In this document: one piece after another, positions 41,275 through 51,179 of the stretch
Numbering within the stretch: the stretch's first letter is position 1
Layout: every line of letters starts with the position of its first letter
Assembly (NCBI GenBank): GCA_964586675.1
Contig: CAZPHQ010000012.1
Span: 436-64,435, forward strand
DNA: 64,000 bases
Source of the DNA: an uncultured Spirochaetia bacterium
GTDB taxonomy: Bacteria; Desulfobacterota_D; UBA1144; Nemesobacterales; UBA2774
Reading direction: 5' to 3'
The notes under the pieces: model-generated
Told to the model about the DNA's origin: nothing
Seen by the model: the letters and a program-made list of their open reading frames with translations, nothing else
Database searches by the model: none
Made by a program: the position numbers and the translations under genes

Positions 41275-42491
41275 GCAAGCTTGTGATATCCGACCTCCCC
41301 GATTCGACATACAAGGACAAGCGCGTCTTTGTAAGGGTCGACTTCAACGTGCCCATAAGGGACGGGAAGATAAGCGAGGATTACAGGATCAGAAGGGTAA
41401 TCCCGACGATCGACTATCTGGTCGAAAGGAAGGCCAGGATAATACTCGGCTCCCATCTCGGGAGGCCGAAGGGCATAGTGATGCCCGAGCTTTCATTGAA
41501 GCCCATAGCGGACCGCCTCTCGGAGCTCCTCGGAAAGTCGGTGAAGTTCACCGGCAAGGTGACGGGCCCCGAGGTCAAGGAGTCCATAGATTCTCTCGGC
41601 GCGGGAGAGGTCATGCTTCTCGAAAACCTCCGGTTCCACCAGGAAGAAACGGACAACGATCCAAAGTTCGCGAAAACGCTTTCGTCATACGCGGACATTT
41701 ACGTTAACGACGCTTTCGGCACCTCTCACAGAAAACACGCCTCGACATATGGCATGGCCGCCAATTTCGAGATCAAGGTGGCCGGCTTTCTGGTAAGCAG
41801 GGAGCTCAAGTTCCTGAGCCGCCTCCGCGAAAACCCGGACCGACCGTTCATAGTCATAGTCGGCGGCGGCAAGATCAAGGACAAGATACACGCGCTTCAG
41901 AGCCTCATAGACAAGGCCGACAAGGTCCTCCTCGGAGGGGGCGTAGCATACACGTTCTTAAAGGCCAAGGGCGTAAAGATAGGCAATTCGATAGTAGAGG
42001 ACGACCAGGTGGACTGGGCGAAGGACGCCCTCGCCAAGTACGGGAAAAAGATATTCCTCCCCGTCGATCACGTCGTATCCAACAGCCTCGAAAAGAGAAA
42101 GAACAGCATGGTAGTGGACGGCTCCATACCCGACGACCTTCAGGGCTTCGACATAGGCCCCAAGACGGCGGCGAAATATAACCACCAGATAAAGGGCACG
42201 GGCTCCATATTCTGGAGCGGCCCGATGGGCGTGTTCGAGGTCGCCGACTTCTCGGCGGGGACGACGCAGGTCGCAAGAACGGTTGCGCTCGCAACGTGGC
42301 GAGGCGCGACGACTGTTGTCGGCGGCGGCGAGACGATAGCCTCGATAAGGAAGGCCGAGGTTCTCGATTCCGAGATCACGCACATATCGACCGGCGGCGG
42401 GGCGCTTCTCGAATTCCTCGGGGGCGACGAGCTCCCCGGAATCTCCATACTCAACGACAGGGAAGAGCGCATATCTCTCGTCGCCAATTGA
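41271..42491 (+). CDS. pgk: Phosphoglycerate kinase
   Basis: [35 protein letters not shown]. Confidence 0.95.
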   Translation: MSKLVISDLPDSTYKDKRVFVRVDFNVPIRDGKISEDYRIRRVIPTIDYLVERKARIILGSHLGRPKGIVMPELSLKPIADRLSELLGKSVKFTGKVTGPEVKESIDSLGAGEVMLLENLRFHQEETDNDPKFAKTLSSYADIYVNDAFGTSHRKHASTYGMAANFEIKVAGFLVSRELKFLSRLRENPDRPFIVIVGGGKIKDKIHALQSLIDKADKVLLGGGVAYTFLKAKGVKIGNSIVEDDQVDWAKDALAKYGKKIFLPVDHVVSNSLEKRKNSMVVDGSIPDDLQGFDIGPKTAAKYNHQIKGTGSIFWSGPMGVFEVADFSAGTTQVARTVALATWRGATTVVGGGETIASIRKAEVLDSEITHISTGGGALLEFLGGDELPGISILNDREERISLVAN

Positions 42492-42597
42492 AGGCCGTGT
42501 TAAGCGGACTTTCGTTCGGGGAGAATTTATTTTAAACTTCTCGCAGTCTCTGGCAAAGCTGTATCGGCTACCTCAAAAAAAATCAACGGAGTGCAAA

Positions 42598-43683
42598 ATG
42601 GCAAAAGTGAAGAGTACGGGAGGGATAGATTCGATAACGAAGCTACTCGGAAACGAGGCCGACTACCTTCTCGACCACAAGTGTAAAACAGTACCCAAGA
42701 GCCAGCTCCATCTCCCCGGCCCCGATTTCGTCGACCGCATTTTCATTCCTTCAGACAGGCCGAATTCCGTTCTCCGTAACCTCCAGCTCATGTACAACAC
42801 GGGCAGGCTCGCGGGAACGGGCTACATGTCGATACTCCCTGTCGACCAGGGTATAGAGCATTCGGCCGGAGCGTCATTTGCACCCAACCCGATTTACTTC
42901 GACCCGGAGAATATTGTGAAGCTCGCTATCGAGGGCGGCTGTAACGCCGTCGCCTCTACTCTCGGCGTTCTCGGCTCGGTCTCCAGAAAATACGCGCACA
43001 AGATCCCGTTCCTCGTGAAGCTTAACCACAACGAGCTTTTGACGTATCCCAACAAATTCGACCAGATAATGTTCGCCAACGTCGACCAGGCGTATCAAAT
43101 GGGCGCAGTTGCCGTCGGCGCGACGATATACTTCGGCTCCGAGGAGAGCGACCGACAGATACAGGAGGTGAGCGAAGCATTCTCCTACGCCCACACGCTC
43201 GGGCTTGTGACAGTCCTCTGGGCCTATCTCCGTAACGCGGCGTTTAAAACGGAGAAGGTCGACTACGACCTTTCCGCCGACCTTACGGGACAGGCGAACC
43301 ACATAAGCGCCACGATAGAAGCCGACATCGTAAAGCAGAAGCAGGCCGAGAACAACGGCGGATTCCTCGCCCTTAAATTCGGGAAGACCGACCCCAGGGT
43401 TTATTCCAAGCTCACGACGGAGCACCCCGTGGACCTCACGCGCTACCAGGTCGTTAACTGCTACATGGGACGCGCAAGCCTGATCAATTCCGGCGGCGCT
43501 TCGACTGGCAGCGACCAGGACGACCTGGCACAGGCTGTAAGAACCGCCGTCATAAACAAGCGCGCGGGCGGCATGGGCCTCATTACCGGGCGGAAATCCT
43601 TCCAGAAGTCGATGAAGGAAGGGGTCGAGATACTGAACGCCGTTCAGAACGTCTACCTCTGCGAAGAAGTCTCGATAGCCTGA
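42598..43683 (+). CDS. fbaB: Class I fructose-bisphosphate aldolase
   Basis: [33 protein letters not shown]. Confidence 0.95.
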   Translation: MAKVKSTGGIDSITKLLGNEADYLLDHKCKTVPKSQLHLPGPDFVDRIFIPSDRPNSVLRNLQLMYNTGRLAGTGYMSILPVDQGIEHSAGASFAPNPIYFDPENIVKLAIEGGCNAVASTLGVLGSVSRKYAHKIPFLVKLNHNELLTYPNKFDQIMFANVDQAYQMGAVAVGATIYFGSEESDRQIQEVSEAFSYAHTLGLVTVLWAYLRNAAFKTEKVDYDLSADLTGQANHISATIEADIVKQKQAENNGGFLALKFGKTDPRVYSKLTTEHPVDLTRYQVVNCYMGRASLINSGGASTGSDQDDLAQAVRTAVINKRAGGMGLITGRKSFQKSMKEGVEILNAVQNVYLCEEVSIA

Positions 43684-43812
43684 GTCCATCCATTCAGGAC
43701 CACTCCACTTATCGCCGCGGAGCCGCATTATTACCCGCGCAGGGGATTCCTACACTATTTTCGCCGCCGGATTTATAATTGAGTGCGGGCGGGTAAGCGC
43801 CAGCACCTCGCT

Positions 43813-44952
43813 ATGAACTGGAAAACAGAAGGGCTCAAAAGGATCGACGGCATACTCGGCGGCATTGCGTGCGGAGCTTCGAGGCTTCTTGTAAGCCCGA
43901 GGAAAGGCTTTCGTGACCCCTCCCCTAAAATACTCGTTATAAGGCCGGGGGGGATAGGCGACGCCGTACTTCTTTACCCCGCGCTCGCGGCGTTGAGACA
44001 GGAATTCCCCGGCTCTATAGTTCACGTTCTCGCCGAGAAGAGAAACGCCGGGATACTCACCGGCTGTCCCTACATCGACAGCGTTCTCCTCTACGACACC
44101 TCACCGCTTAAAACGCTATCCGCTGTTATAAAAGAGGGATACGGCATCGTAATAGACACGGAGCAGTGGCACCGCATGACGGCCGCGCTCACTTATCTCA
44201 CGCGCGCCGCCGTGAGGGCGGGTTTCGCTACTAACGACGAGAGGGCGAGGCAGTTCACGCATCCGGTCACACACAGGCGGGAAGACTACGAGGCCCAAAG
44301 CTTTTTAAATCTTGTCTCGGCAGTTACGGGAAAGGAATACACGTTCGATGAGGACAAACCGTTTCTGCCGGTCGACCGTAATAAATACGCCGGGGCCGTT
44401 TCGATGGTCGAGGAATTTAAAAGCGGTAAAAGCGGAACCGTCGGCGTATTCACCGGCGCAACCGTGAAAGAAAGAAGGTGGGGCACGGAAAAATTCGCCG
44501 CTCTCTCGAAGGCGCTTTCGGAAGAAGGACTCGGCATAGTCCTCCTCGGCGGGCCGGGGGACATGGAAAGCTCTGCCGAGGTTAAAAAAGGTCTCGATTC
44601 TAAAAGCGTGCTCGACCTTACCGGAAAGACCTCGCTCATGGAAACGGCGGCGGTCATCTCCGTGCTCGAGGCGCTCGTCTCCGCCGATACCGGCCTCATG
44701 CACATCGCCTACGGCTCCGGCACACCGACCGTATCACTCTTCGGGGCAGGCATACAGGAAAAATGGGGCCCGCGTGGGAGGCGTAGCGTCATCGTAAACA
44801 AACACCTCCCCTGCAGCCCGTGTACAGAATTCGGATACACGCCTCCATGCCCGTACGGAGTCAAATGCCTCCGCGAGATTGGCGTGGACGAAATGAAAGA
44901 GTCGGCGCTCAATCTTCTCTCCCTGACCGCTAAGAGCGCCTCCTCCGTTTAA
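43813..44952 (+). CDS. Glycosyltransferase family 9 (LPS heptosyltransferase-like)
   Basis: IRPGGIGDAVL, RRW, DLTGKTSL, DTGLMHIA, CSPC. Confidence 0.88.
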   Translation: MNWKTEGLKRIDGILGGIACGASRLLVSPRKGFRDPSPKILVIRPGGIGDAVLLYPALAALRQEFPGSIVHVLAEKRNAGILTGCPYIDSVLLYDTSPLKTLSAVIKEGYGIVIDTEQWHRMTAALTYLTRAAVRAGFATNDERARQFTHPVTHRREDYEAQSFLNLVSAVTGKEYTFDEDKPFLPVDRNKYAGAVSMVEEFKSGKSGTVGVFTGATVKERRWGTEKFAALSKALSEEGLGIVLLGGPGDMESSAEVKKGLDSKSVLDLTGKTSLMETAAVISVLEALVSADTGLMHIAYGSGTPTVSLFGAGIQEKWGPRGRRSVIVNKHLPCSPCTEFGYTPPCPYGVKCLREIGVDEMKESALNLLSLTAKSASSV

Positions 44953-45830
44953 ACACCCTTTTCTTCGAGCCCGAGCGGCACTTCGCCGTAGTAGATCGAG
45001 TCCTCTTCGTAAAGGGCCCTTATCTTGTCCTTCGGCATGTCGGGCATGTCTTCCTTGTAGCCGAACATCCTGCATACGTGCCTGAGCTCCTCTTCCCTGC
45101 CGGGGAGCGGGTCCTTCGGCTGTATCATCATCTCGGCCATGAGCTCTTCCTTCACCGTCTGGTCTTCCTTTAGGGGGTTGCCGTAGGTGTTGTAGTGATA
45201 AAGCCTGTCGAAGCGCTTTCTCGGCCTCTGACCGGGCGTCTCCGCGGGATAGCCGACGGCCATGATCCAGAGCGGAACTATATTCTCCGGCACGCCTAGC
45301 ACCTTCGGAAATTCGGCGGGTTTTCTGCCGGTCGCAAGGAGGCAGCACCCGAGCCCGAGCTCTGTCGCCGCGAGGAGCGAGTTCGCTATCGCCTGCCCTG
45401 CCTCGACCCTTAAAAGGTCCTCCGCTTTCTCCCTCGGAAAGCTCATGAGGCGGGGATACGTGGTCTCTGTCAGAATCTTGTACGTCCAGCCGTGGGCAGC
45501 TGTGATGGCTCTCGCCGGGAACAGGACGGCGAAGGACTCTACAAGTTCTTTATACCAGGCGTCCATATTCACGAGCCACGCGATTACTATCGGCGCTGTC
45601 CGGAGCTGTATCTCGTTGAACGTCGATGCGCACTGAATGAGCTCCTCGAATTTATCGGCCGGGTAGGTCTTCTTCTCGATGACAATAGCCTCTGTCGAGC
45701 CGCAGTTGCCCTGGCACGACGCATGCCGCGCGGCCTGCAGCATGCGCTGTATCTTCCAGTCTTCGACTTCCATCCAGGGCTTGAAGAATCTTATGCTCCT
45801 TCTGCTTCCTATAGCTTCCATAAGTTCCAT
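44949..45830 (-). CDS. Nitroreductase-fold protein with C-terminal extension
   Basis: RRSIRFF, LAATELGLGCC, MAVGYP. Confidence 0.8.
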   Translation of the reverse strand: MELMEAIGSRRSIRFFKPWMEVEDWKIQRMLQAARHASCQGNCGSTEAIVIEKKTYPADKFEELIQCASTFNEIQLRTAPIVIAWLVNMDAWYKELVESFAVLFPARAITAAHGWTYKILTETTYPRLMSFPREKAEDLLRVEAGQAIANSLLAATELGLGCCLLATGRKPAEFPKVLGVPENIVPLWIMAVGYPAETPGQRPRKRFDRLYHYNTYGNPLKEDQTVKEELMAEMMIQPKDPLPGREEELRHVCRMFGYKEDMPDMPKDKIRALYEEDSIYYGEVPLGLEEKGV

Positions 45831-46000
45831 GATGCGTTACCTCCTGTAGTTGACGCTAATACACCATTTAACAACACGAAACTTCCTTGTCAACATGGTC
45901 TTTCATTGCCGGAAAGCCGGGAGCCTCATTTTAAATCCCTCACGGCTGGGTTATTGTAATATCCGGGCGGTTCAGCGCCTCCCGGAAAGGGCAATAGCGT

Positions 46001-46768
46001 ATGGGCATAATCACTCTCATGACAGATTTCGGCTACGGCGATCACTACGCAGGAGTGATGAAGGGGGTTATAGCGGGCATTGATCCCTCTGCCATCGTTA
46101 TAGATCTAACGCACGGTATAGAGAGCTATAGCTTAGCAGAGGCCGCGTTCAAGCTCTACGCCTCTTACGCCTACTTCCCGGAAGGAACTGTCCACGTCGC
46201 CGTGGTCGATCCCGGAGTCGGAAGCGCGAGAAGGGCACTAGCAGCAGAGTCCGGCGGCTACCGCTTCGTAGGACCCGATAACGGAATATTCTCGCTTATA
46301 TTCGATAAGCGCGGCGTAGACTGTATTGTCGAGATAACGAACCCCGCATTCATGCTCCCTAACGTGAGCAGCACGTTTCACGGAAGGGACATATTCGCCC
46401 CGGCTGCGGCGCATCTTTCGAAGGGCGTAGCGCTCTCTGATTTAGGAGAAGGGCTCCAGTCTTACGAAAGGCTCGATATTCCCCGGCAGGAAGAGGACGG
46501 CGACGTCATAACAGGTAAAGCCATATACGCAGACAGGTTCGGTAATCTCGTGACGAATATACCGGGGTTGCTTATTACAGCCAGGACGCGAGTATGCGTC
46601 GGGGATGTGATTATAAAACAGACCTCCGTCAGCTATGCCGGCGGGGAAAAAGGCGAGCTTTTGGCGATAGTCGGAAGCTCGGGATTCCTCGAAATCTCCC
46701 TTAACAAAGGCAGCGCCCTCGAATTTTTCGGGGGGAAGCTTCCCGCAGTGAAAATACTCAAAGGGTAA
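46001..46768 (+). CDS. SAM hydroxide adenosyltransferase (DUF62; SAM-dependent halogenase superfamily)
   Basis: TLMTDFG, VVDPGVGSAR, GPDNG, TFHGRDIFAP, DRFGN. Confidence 0.9.
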   Translation: MGIITLMTDFGYGDHYAGVMKGVIAGIDPSAIVIDLTHGIESYSLAEAAFKLYASYAYFPEGTVHVAVVDPGVGSARRALAAESGGYRFVGPDNGIFSLIFDKRGVDCIVEITNPAFMLPNVSSTFHGRDIFAPAAAHLSKGVALSDLGEGLQSYERLDIPRQEEDGDVITGKAIYADRFGNLVTNIPGLLITARTRVCVGDVIIKQTSVSYAGGEKGELLAIVGSSGFLEISLNKGSALEFFGGKLPAVKILKG

Positions 46769-46819
46769 ATGTATCCCGGGACTGTAGCGCCTGGAATAGA
46801 GAAAGTATCCGGCCCGGAT

Positions 46820-47281
46820 TCAGGCCTCCCACTCTATCCTGTACTTCCTGCCGTTGACCTCGAGCTCCCTGACGGACTTGTATGTGAAAATATTCTCCCA
46901 GAAATGGTCCTCGGGCTCCTTAATGCCTTCGCTCCCGAGCTTTTTTATCATCTGCCAGAAGGTGTTGTCGTCCGGAAGGTCGGGCAGGAGATCGAATAGC
47001 GTTGCGATGTCAGGCCGGTTCACGGGCTCTATCTTCTCCCAGCTGACCCAGTCCCTGCTTCGTTTTGATATAAAGAGCTTGTCGCCTGAATTGTTTAGAA
47101 GTGTCTGATTCAGCGTCCATGCGGGTATATATTCCGTGTAGTAGTAATCGAATGCGCTTTCGAGCACGTCGCTCCATTTAAGCCTTACTACCCTCGAGCC
47201 GTCGGGCTCCGGTTCCGTCATGTTTAAAAATTGCCTTCTTATCATGTTTGCTCCGAAATCGGCCTCTTCGTATTTGCTCAT
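46820..47281 (-). CDS. Hypothetical protein
   Basis: 153 aa filling an otherwise empty interval; GAGGA upstream; protein-like composition. Confidence 0.7.
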   Translation of the reverse strand: MSKYEEADFGANMIRRQFLNMTEPEPDGSRVVRLKWSDVLESAFDYYYTEYIPAWTLNQTLLNNSGDKLFISKRSRDWVSWEKIEPVNRPDIATLFDLLPDLPDDNTFWQMIKKLGSEGIKEPEDHFWENIFTYKSVRELEVNGRKYRIEWEA

Positions 47282-47542
47282 ATGTATCTTCCGTCCTCAC
47301 TCGTCCGCCAGACCCCCCCGATGTTTTCGTTTCATATATCTTGAAATAGATGGGAGCAAAAACTATGCCAGAAGCCAGTTATTTCTAACTAACTGTAAAC
47401 TATGTTCTTTTGTTCTATACGATAGTGATACTTCTTTTTGTCTTAACAATTTTCGTCACCGTGTTATGCAATTCAGGGTATAGGTAATTGAAGATACCCA
47501 GGGCTTTATATGTGTTCAGCCGGGTTAAGGCGCCGCCGCTTT

Positions 47543-48484
47543 TCAACCGCCCGGGCGCGCATTCCCGCCGAATATCCGGTCGAGCCATTTTGTGACGGCT
47601 TCTCCGAGCGTTTCCTCGCACCCTTCGAAATCGTGTCCGGCGTCCAGATACAATGCGCTCGCGTCGCGGTTTCCCGCTTCGGTCGCGAGCCCCGCGAGGT
47701 CGGCCGCTTCGTCCGGCCTGAGGTCAGTGTCTTCGTGCCCCTGTATGAGGAGGAGCGGGATGTTTATTCCCGTTATCTGCTTATAGCACTTGGCGGGCTC
47801 GGCCTCGGGCCCCGCGAGAAACCACCAGGTTTTATAGGTATACACCTCGGCGTGCTCGGGGTTAAGCGTTTCGCCCCGGGCCCTGTATATCACTACCGTC
47901 CTGTCTTCGGCAGTGTGCATCGGGTCGGGCTTCAGAGTTTCCTTAACACGCCTGTATATCTCGTCGTAGGAAGGGTTACTGCCGCATCTTTGCCACCTCC
48001 GCCTTACGGAATCGGGGTTCGAGTAGGGCGTGGAAACGGCGATCACGCCCTTAAGCGAAGGAAACTTGGAAACGTCGCTCCGGAGGGACGCGTATCTGAG
48101 CACTATGCTCCCGCCGATGCTGTACCCCAAGAGCACGATGCTCGTGTAGCCGAGCTTCTTCAGATAGACGATGGCGGCGTCGAGCTGCGGTATGGTGTCG
48201 TCGATTATCCCGTATCCGAAGAAGAGGCCGAACGTCGCGAGCCGCGTATTGATGCAGAGGGACGAATAGCCCGCTCTCGCAAGCAGCGGGGGCAGAAATT
48301 TCTGCGAGCCTTCGAGGAAATTCCCTAAAAAGCCGTGGACGTGAATTACCACGGTCTCTCTTCCCTCTCCCCGGCGCGGGACTGTGCTTTTGTAGTAGAG
48401 AGCGTCGATCTTTCCCGCCCCGTAGGGTATGGAGATGAGCTCCTGCTCCATGAATTCCGGTATGTTCATATCCGGTATGTTCAT
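47543..48484 (-). CDS. Alpha/beta-fold hydrolase
   Basis: VHGFLGNF oxyanion loop, GYSIG nucleophile elbow, QGHED, AGHDF. Confidence 0.85.
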   Translation of the reverse strand: MNIPDMNIPEFMEQELISIPYGAGKIDALYYKSTVPRRGEGRETVVIHVHGFLGNFLEGSQKFLPPLLARAGYSSLCINTRLATFGLFFGYGIIDDTIPQLDAAIVYLKKLGYTSIVLLGYSIGGSIVLRYASLRSDVSKFPSLKGVIAVSTPYSNPDSVRRRWQRCGSNPSYDEIYRRVKETLKPDPMHTAEDRTVVIYRARGETLNPEHAEVYTYKTWWFLAGPEAEPAKCYKQITGINIPLLLIQGHEDTDLRPDEAADLAGLATEAGNRDASALYLDAGHDFEGCEETLGEAVTKWLDRIFGGNARPGG

Positions 48485-48501
48485 ATATCGGCGCCGCGGC
48501 T

Positions 48502-49863
48502 TCAGTAAGTGATGGTTATTACGTTCTTATCCGTGTCGGTCTCGACCTTCGCCGAATCGCCGCCGGTTTCGATCTTCGGCTTTTGAGCCGTGTCTATCAG
48601 CTCGCGGGACGGTCTTAGTATCACCTGTTTTATGTTCTCAGTGGCTGCGCTGAGCTGCTTCTTCCCGTTCACGTCCGCCTCGACCTTTATCGGCCTCGTG
48701 AGCTCGTAGGGCATGAACTCCGTCCAGTAGGCCCTGTTCTTGAAAACCCCGAACGGAGCGGTGTAGTAAACGGACTTCGGATACCTCTCCAGCCTGAAAT
48801 TCCCGAACCACTCGAAAACGTCCGGGAGATCGTCGTCAACCATCATCCAGGTGTGCCCCTCGTCCGGATAAAATTTGAACTTCACCTTCGCCCCGAGCTT
48901 TTCGAGTATCTCGTTAAGGGCCACGGCGTCGGCCGCGGGCACCGCTTCGTCCGCCCCGCCGTGGGAGATGTATACCGGTAGGTTCACGAGGTTGAGAATC
49001 ATCCTGTGCGGGAAATCGAGCCCTCCGACGAATTTCGCGACAGCGTCACCGTCCATGCCCTTCACGGCGTCCTTATAATTTCTGAGCTTGTATGGGCCGA
49101 ATACGAACGCCGAGGCCGCTATCACGTCCGGAAAATACATCGACACCAGAAACGCTTCGAGCCCGCCGTTGGACATCCCCGTGAGATACAGCCTGCTCTC
49201 GTCTAGCCTGAATTTTTGCTTCACGAACGCGAGGAGCTCGGAGAATATGTCGAGCTTCCCCTGCCTGATGAAATCCCCGCCCAGCTCTGGCGCGGGCATT
49301 ATGCCTATATAGCCGTTCCTCCTGCAGCAGGTATCTATCTGCTGGGATTTTACGTAGTTGTTGAGGCATATGACGGCCGGAGTCGCCACGCCGTCGTCGT
49401 AGTTCTGCGGGAGCACGTAAAAGAGGTTAAAGCGCCTCCTGTATTTGGCCGAATCGAAGAAGGTGTGGGATATTCCCCTCCCTTCGAGGGTGAATTTTCG
49501 TCTTTCGGGGTTGTCCGCCAGAAGGACCTCGCCGCTCCCCGCTATGTAAACGACGGAGTTCGCGCCGCCCGAAGTGTCGGGGTTAAGGTCGGGGTTGTTG
49601 GGGTCCGTTATCCAGCTGCCGTCCACTATGAACTTGTAGTCGTAAGACCTTCCCGGCCTCAGGCTGAATACCGCGCGCCACACGTCGTCGCGCCCCTTGA
49701 CGAGCCTGCTCGCATCCTGGTTCCATCCGTTCATGTCTCCGGATATGAAAACGTTCTGCGCCCCCGGTCCGTAGTAGCTGAAAAGGACGCCCTCGCTCAC
49801 GTTCCTGGGCCTGCCCGCCCACTGTCCCTCGTATTTCGAAACTATTCCACTGTAGTCTGTCAT
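48502..49863 (-). CDS. CBM48/AMPK-type glycogen-binding domain fused to an alpha/beta hydrolase (esterase/peptidase)
   Basis: GDMNGW...YDYKFIVDGSWITDPNN; GMSNG, HGGADEAVP, EGHTW. Confidence 0.8.
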   Translation of the reverse strand: MTDYSGIVSKYEGQWAGRPRNVSEGVLFSYYGPGAQNVFISGDMNGWNQDASRLVKGRDDVWRAVFSLRPGRSYDYKFIVDGSWITDPNNPDLNPDTSGGANSVVYIAGSGEVLLADNPERRKFTLEGRGISHTFFDSAKYRRRFNLFYVLPQNYDDGVATPAVICLNNYVKSQQIDTCCRRNGYIGIMPAPELGGDFIRQGKLDIFSELLAFVKQKFRLDESRLYLTGMSNGGLEAFLVSMYFPDVIAASAFVFGPYKLRNYKDAVKGMDGDAVAKFVGGLDFPHRMILNLVNLPVYISHGGADEAVPAADAVALNEILEKLGAKVKFKFYPDEGHTWMMVDDDLPDVFEWFGNFRLERYPKSVYYTAPFGVFKNRAYWTEFMPYELTRPIKVEADVNGKKQLSAATENIKQVILRPSRELIDTAQKPKIETGGDSAKVETDTDKNVITITY

Positions 49864-50030
49864 GGCGAAGTCTCCGGATTAGGTCTTTACATTTACTACA
49901 TAATATTCCAATTCTTTTAAAAATCTATCGCCGGCGTCCGAATCCGACTCCCCGCGAAACGAACCGGACAGTCTCTCCCCGCTCCCCGGTGTTGGACAGG
50001 AGGGCTTTTTTTAATACACTAAGTGAAGAC

Positions 50031-51149
50031 ATGTCAGGCGCCATACCGGAATCACTCAAACAGTTCGCAGACCCCTCTCGGCCGAAAGAGCTTCGCCTGA
50101 TGGCCGCCCGCGGCCTGGTTCCCGCTTCCCCGAGAGACCTCTCGCGAATACTCTACTACCTCACGCTCGACGGGGACGAAGACGTATCCCGCGAGGCCGG
50201 CGAGACGCTTTCCGGCATGCCGCGCGAGGTCGTATCGGGCATCCTTTCGGACACGGGCGCAGAGTCGGGCCTCCTCGACTTCTTCGCGCACGCTCTCGCC
50301 GACGAGGCAATGCTCCAGAAGATCCTTCTCAACAGCTCGGCCACGGACCGGACGGTCGCGTATCTCGCGGAGCGGGTGCACGACCAGAACGTTATAGACC
50401 TCATAGCCAATAACCACGAGAGGATCGCCCGCTCCTACGAAATAGTCGAAGCCCTCAGCAAGAACCCGCTGATAACCCGCTCCACGATGGACGGGGTCTT
50501 AGATTTCCTCAAGCTCTATATGGGCGACAAATTCGGTTTGCCTCTCGGTACGGATGCCGGAGAGGGCGAAGATGCCGAGCCTGTCCCTTCGGAGACAGCG
50601 CTTTCGGGCGAGGCTCTCCCCGAAAGCTCCTTTCTCGATGATTTCGAAATCGACAGCGACCTTATCGAGGAAGAAGAAGCCGACTATGAAGCCGACGAAT
50701 CGGCGGAAGAGCAGCGCACTCCGGACGCGCTCAACCAAAACGCCTACATAAAAATAAGCGCCCTTAACGTCGGACAAAAGATAAAGCTGGCGCTCCTCGG
50801 GAACAGCGAGGCGCGGGCCATTCTTGTAAAGGACCCGAACAGGATAGTCTCACGCGCCGTGCTCAAGAATCCGCGAATTACGGACACCGAGGTCGTACGG
50901 ATAGCTCAGTCGAAAATAGTGAGCGACGAAATACTCAGGGAAATATCGGAGGGAAGGAAGTGGACGAGGCTCTATCAGGTGAAGCTCGCGCTCGTCACCA
51001 ACCCGAAGACGCCGCCGCATATATCTATAGGCCTCTTAAAGCAGCTCCGGGAGTTCGACCTCAGGAATTTAAGGTGGAACAAGAATCTCTCTGGCGTCGT
51101 CGCGACGGCTGTGAAAAACATGATGAAAGAGCGGAATGAGAGAAAATAA
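50031..51149 (+). CDS. Conserved hypothetical helical-repeat protein with acidic linker
   Basis: LMAARGLVP; QKIKLALLGNSEARAILVKDPNRIVSRAVLKNPRIT; repeated N-P helical motifs; start placed at ATG 50031. Confidence 0.75.
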   Translation: MSGAIPESLKQFADPSRPKELRLMAARGLVPASPRDLSRILYYLTLDGDEDVSREAGETLSGMPREVVSGILSDTGAESGLLDFFAHALADEAMLQKILLNSSATDRTVAYLAERVHDQNVIDLIANNHERIARSYEIVEALSKNPLITRSTMDGVLDFLKLYMGDKFGLPLGTDAGEGEDAEPVPSETALSGEALPESSFLDDFEIDSDLIEEEEADYEADESAEEQRTPDALNQNAYIKISALNVGQKIKLALLGNSEARAILVKDPNRIVSRAVLKNPRITDTEVVRIAQSKIVSDEILREISEGRKWTRLYQVKLALVTNPKTPPHISIGLLKQLREFDLRNLRWNKNLSGVVATAVKNMMKERNERK

Positions 51150-51179
51150 ATTCAGGCCTTTTTCTCGGCGGGTCCGCGC

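Noticed and set aside
46001-46768. Possible fluorinase or chlorinase
   Set aside because: TFHGRD with the Asp-Arg-His triad indicates the common DUF62 SAM hydroxide adenosyltransferase, and there is no biosynthetic cluster around it
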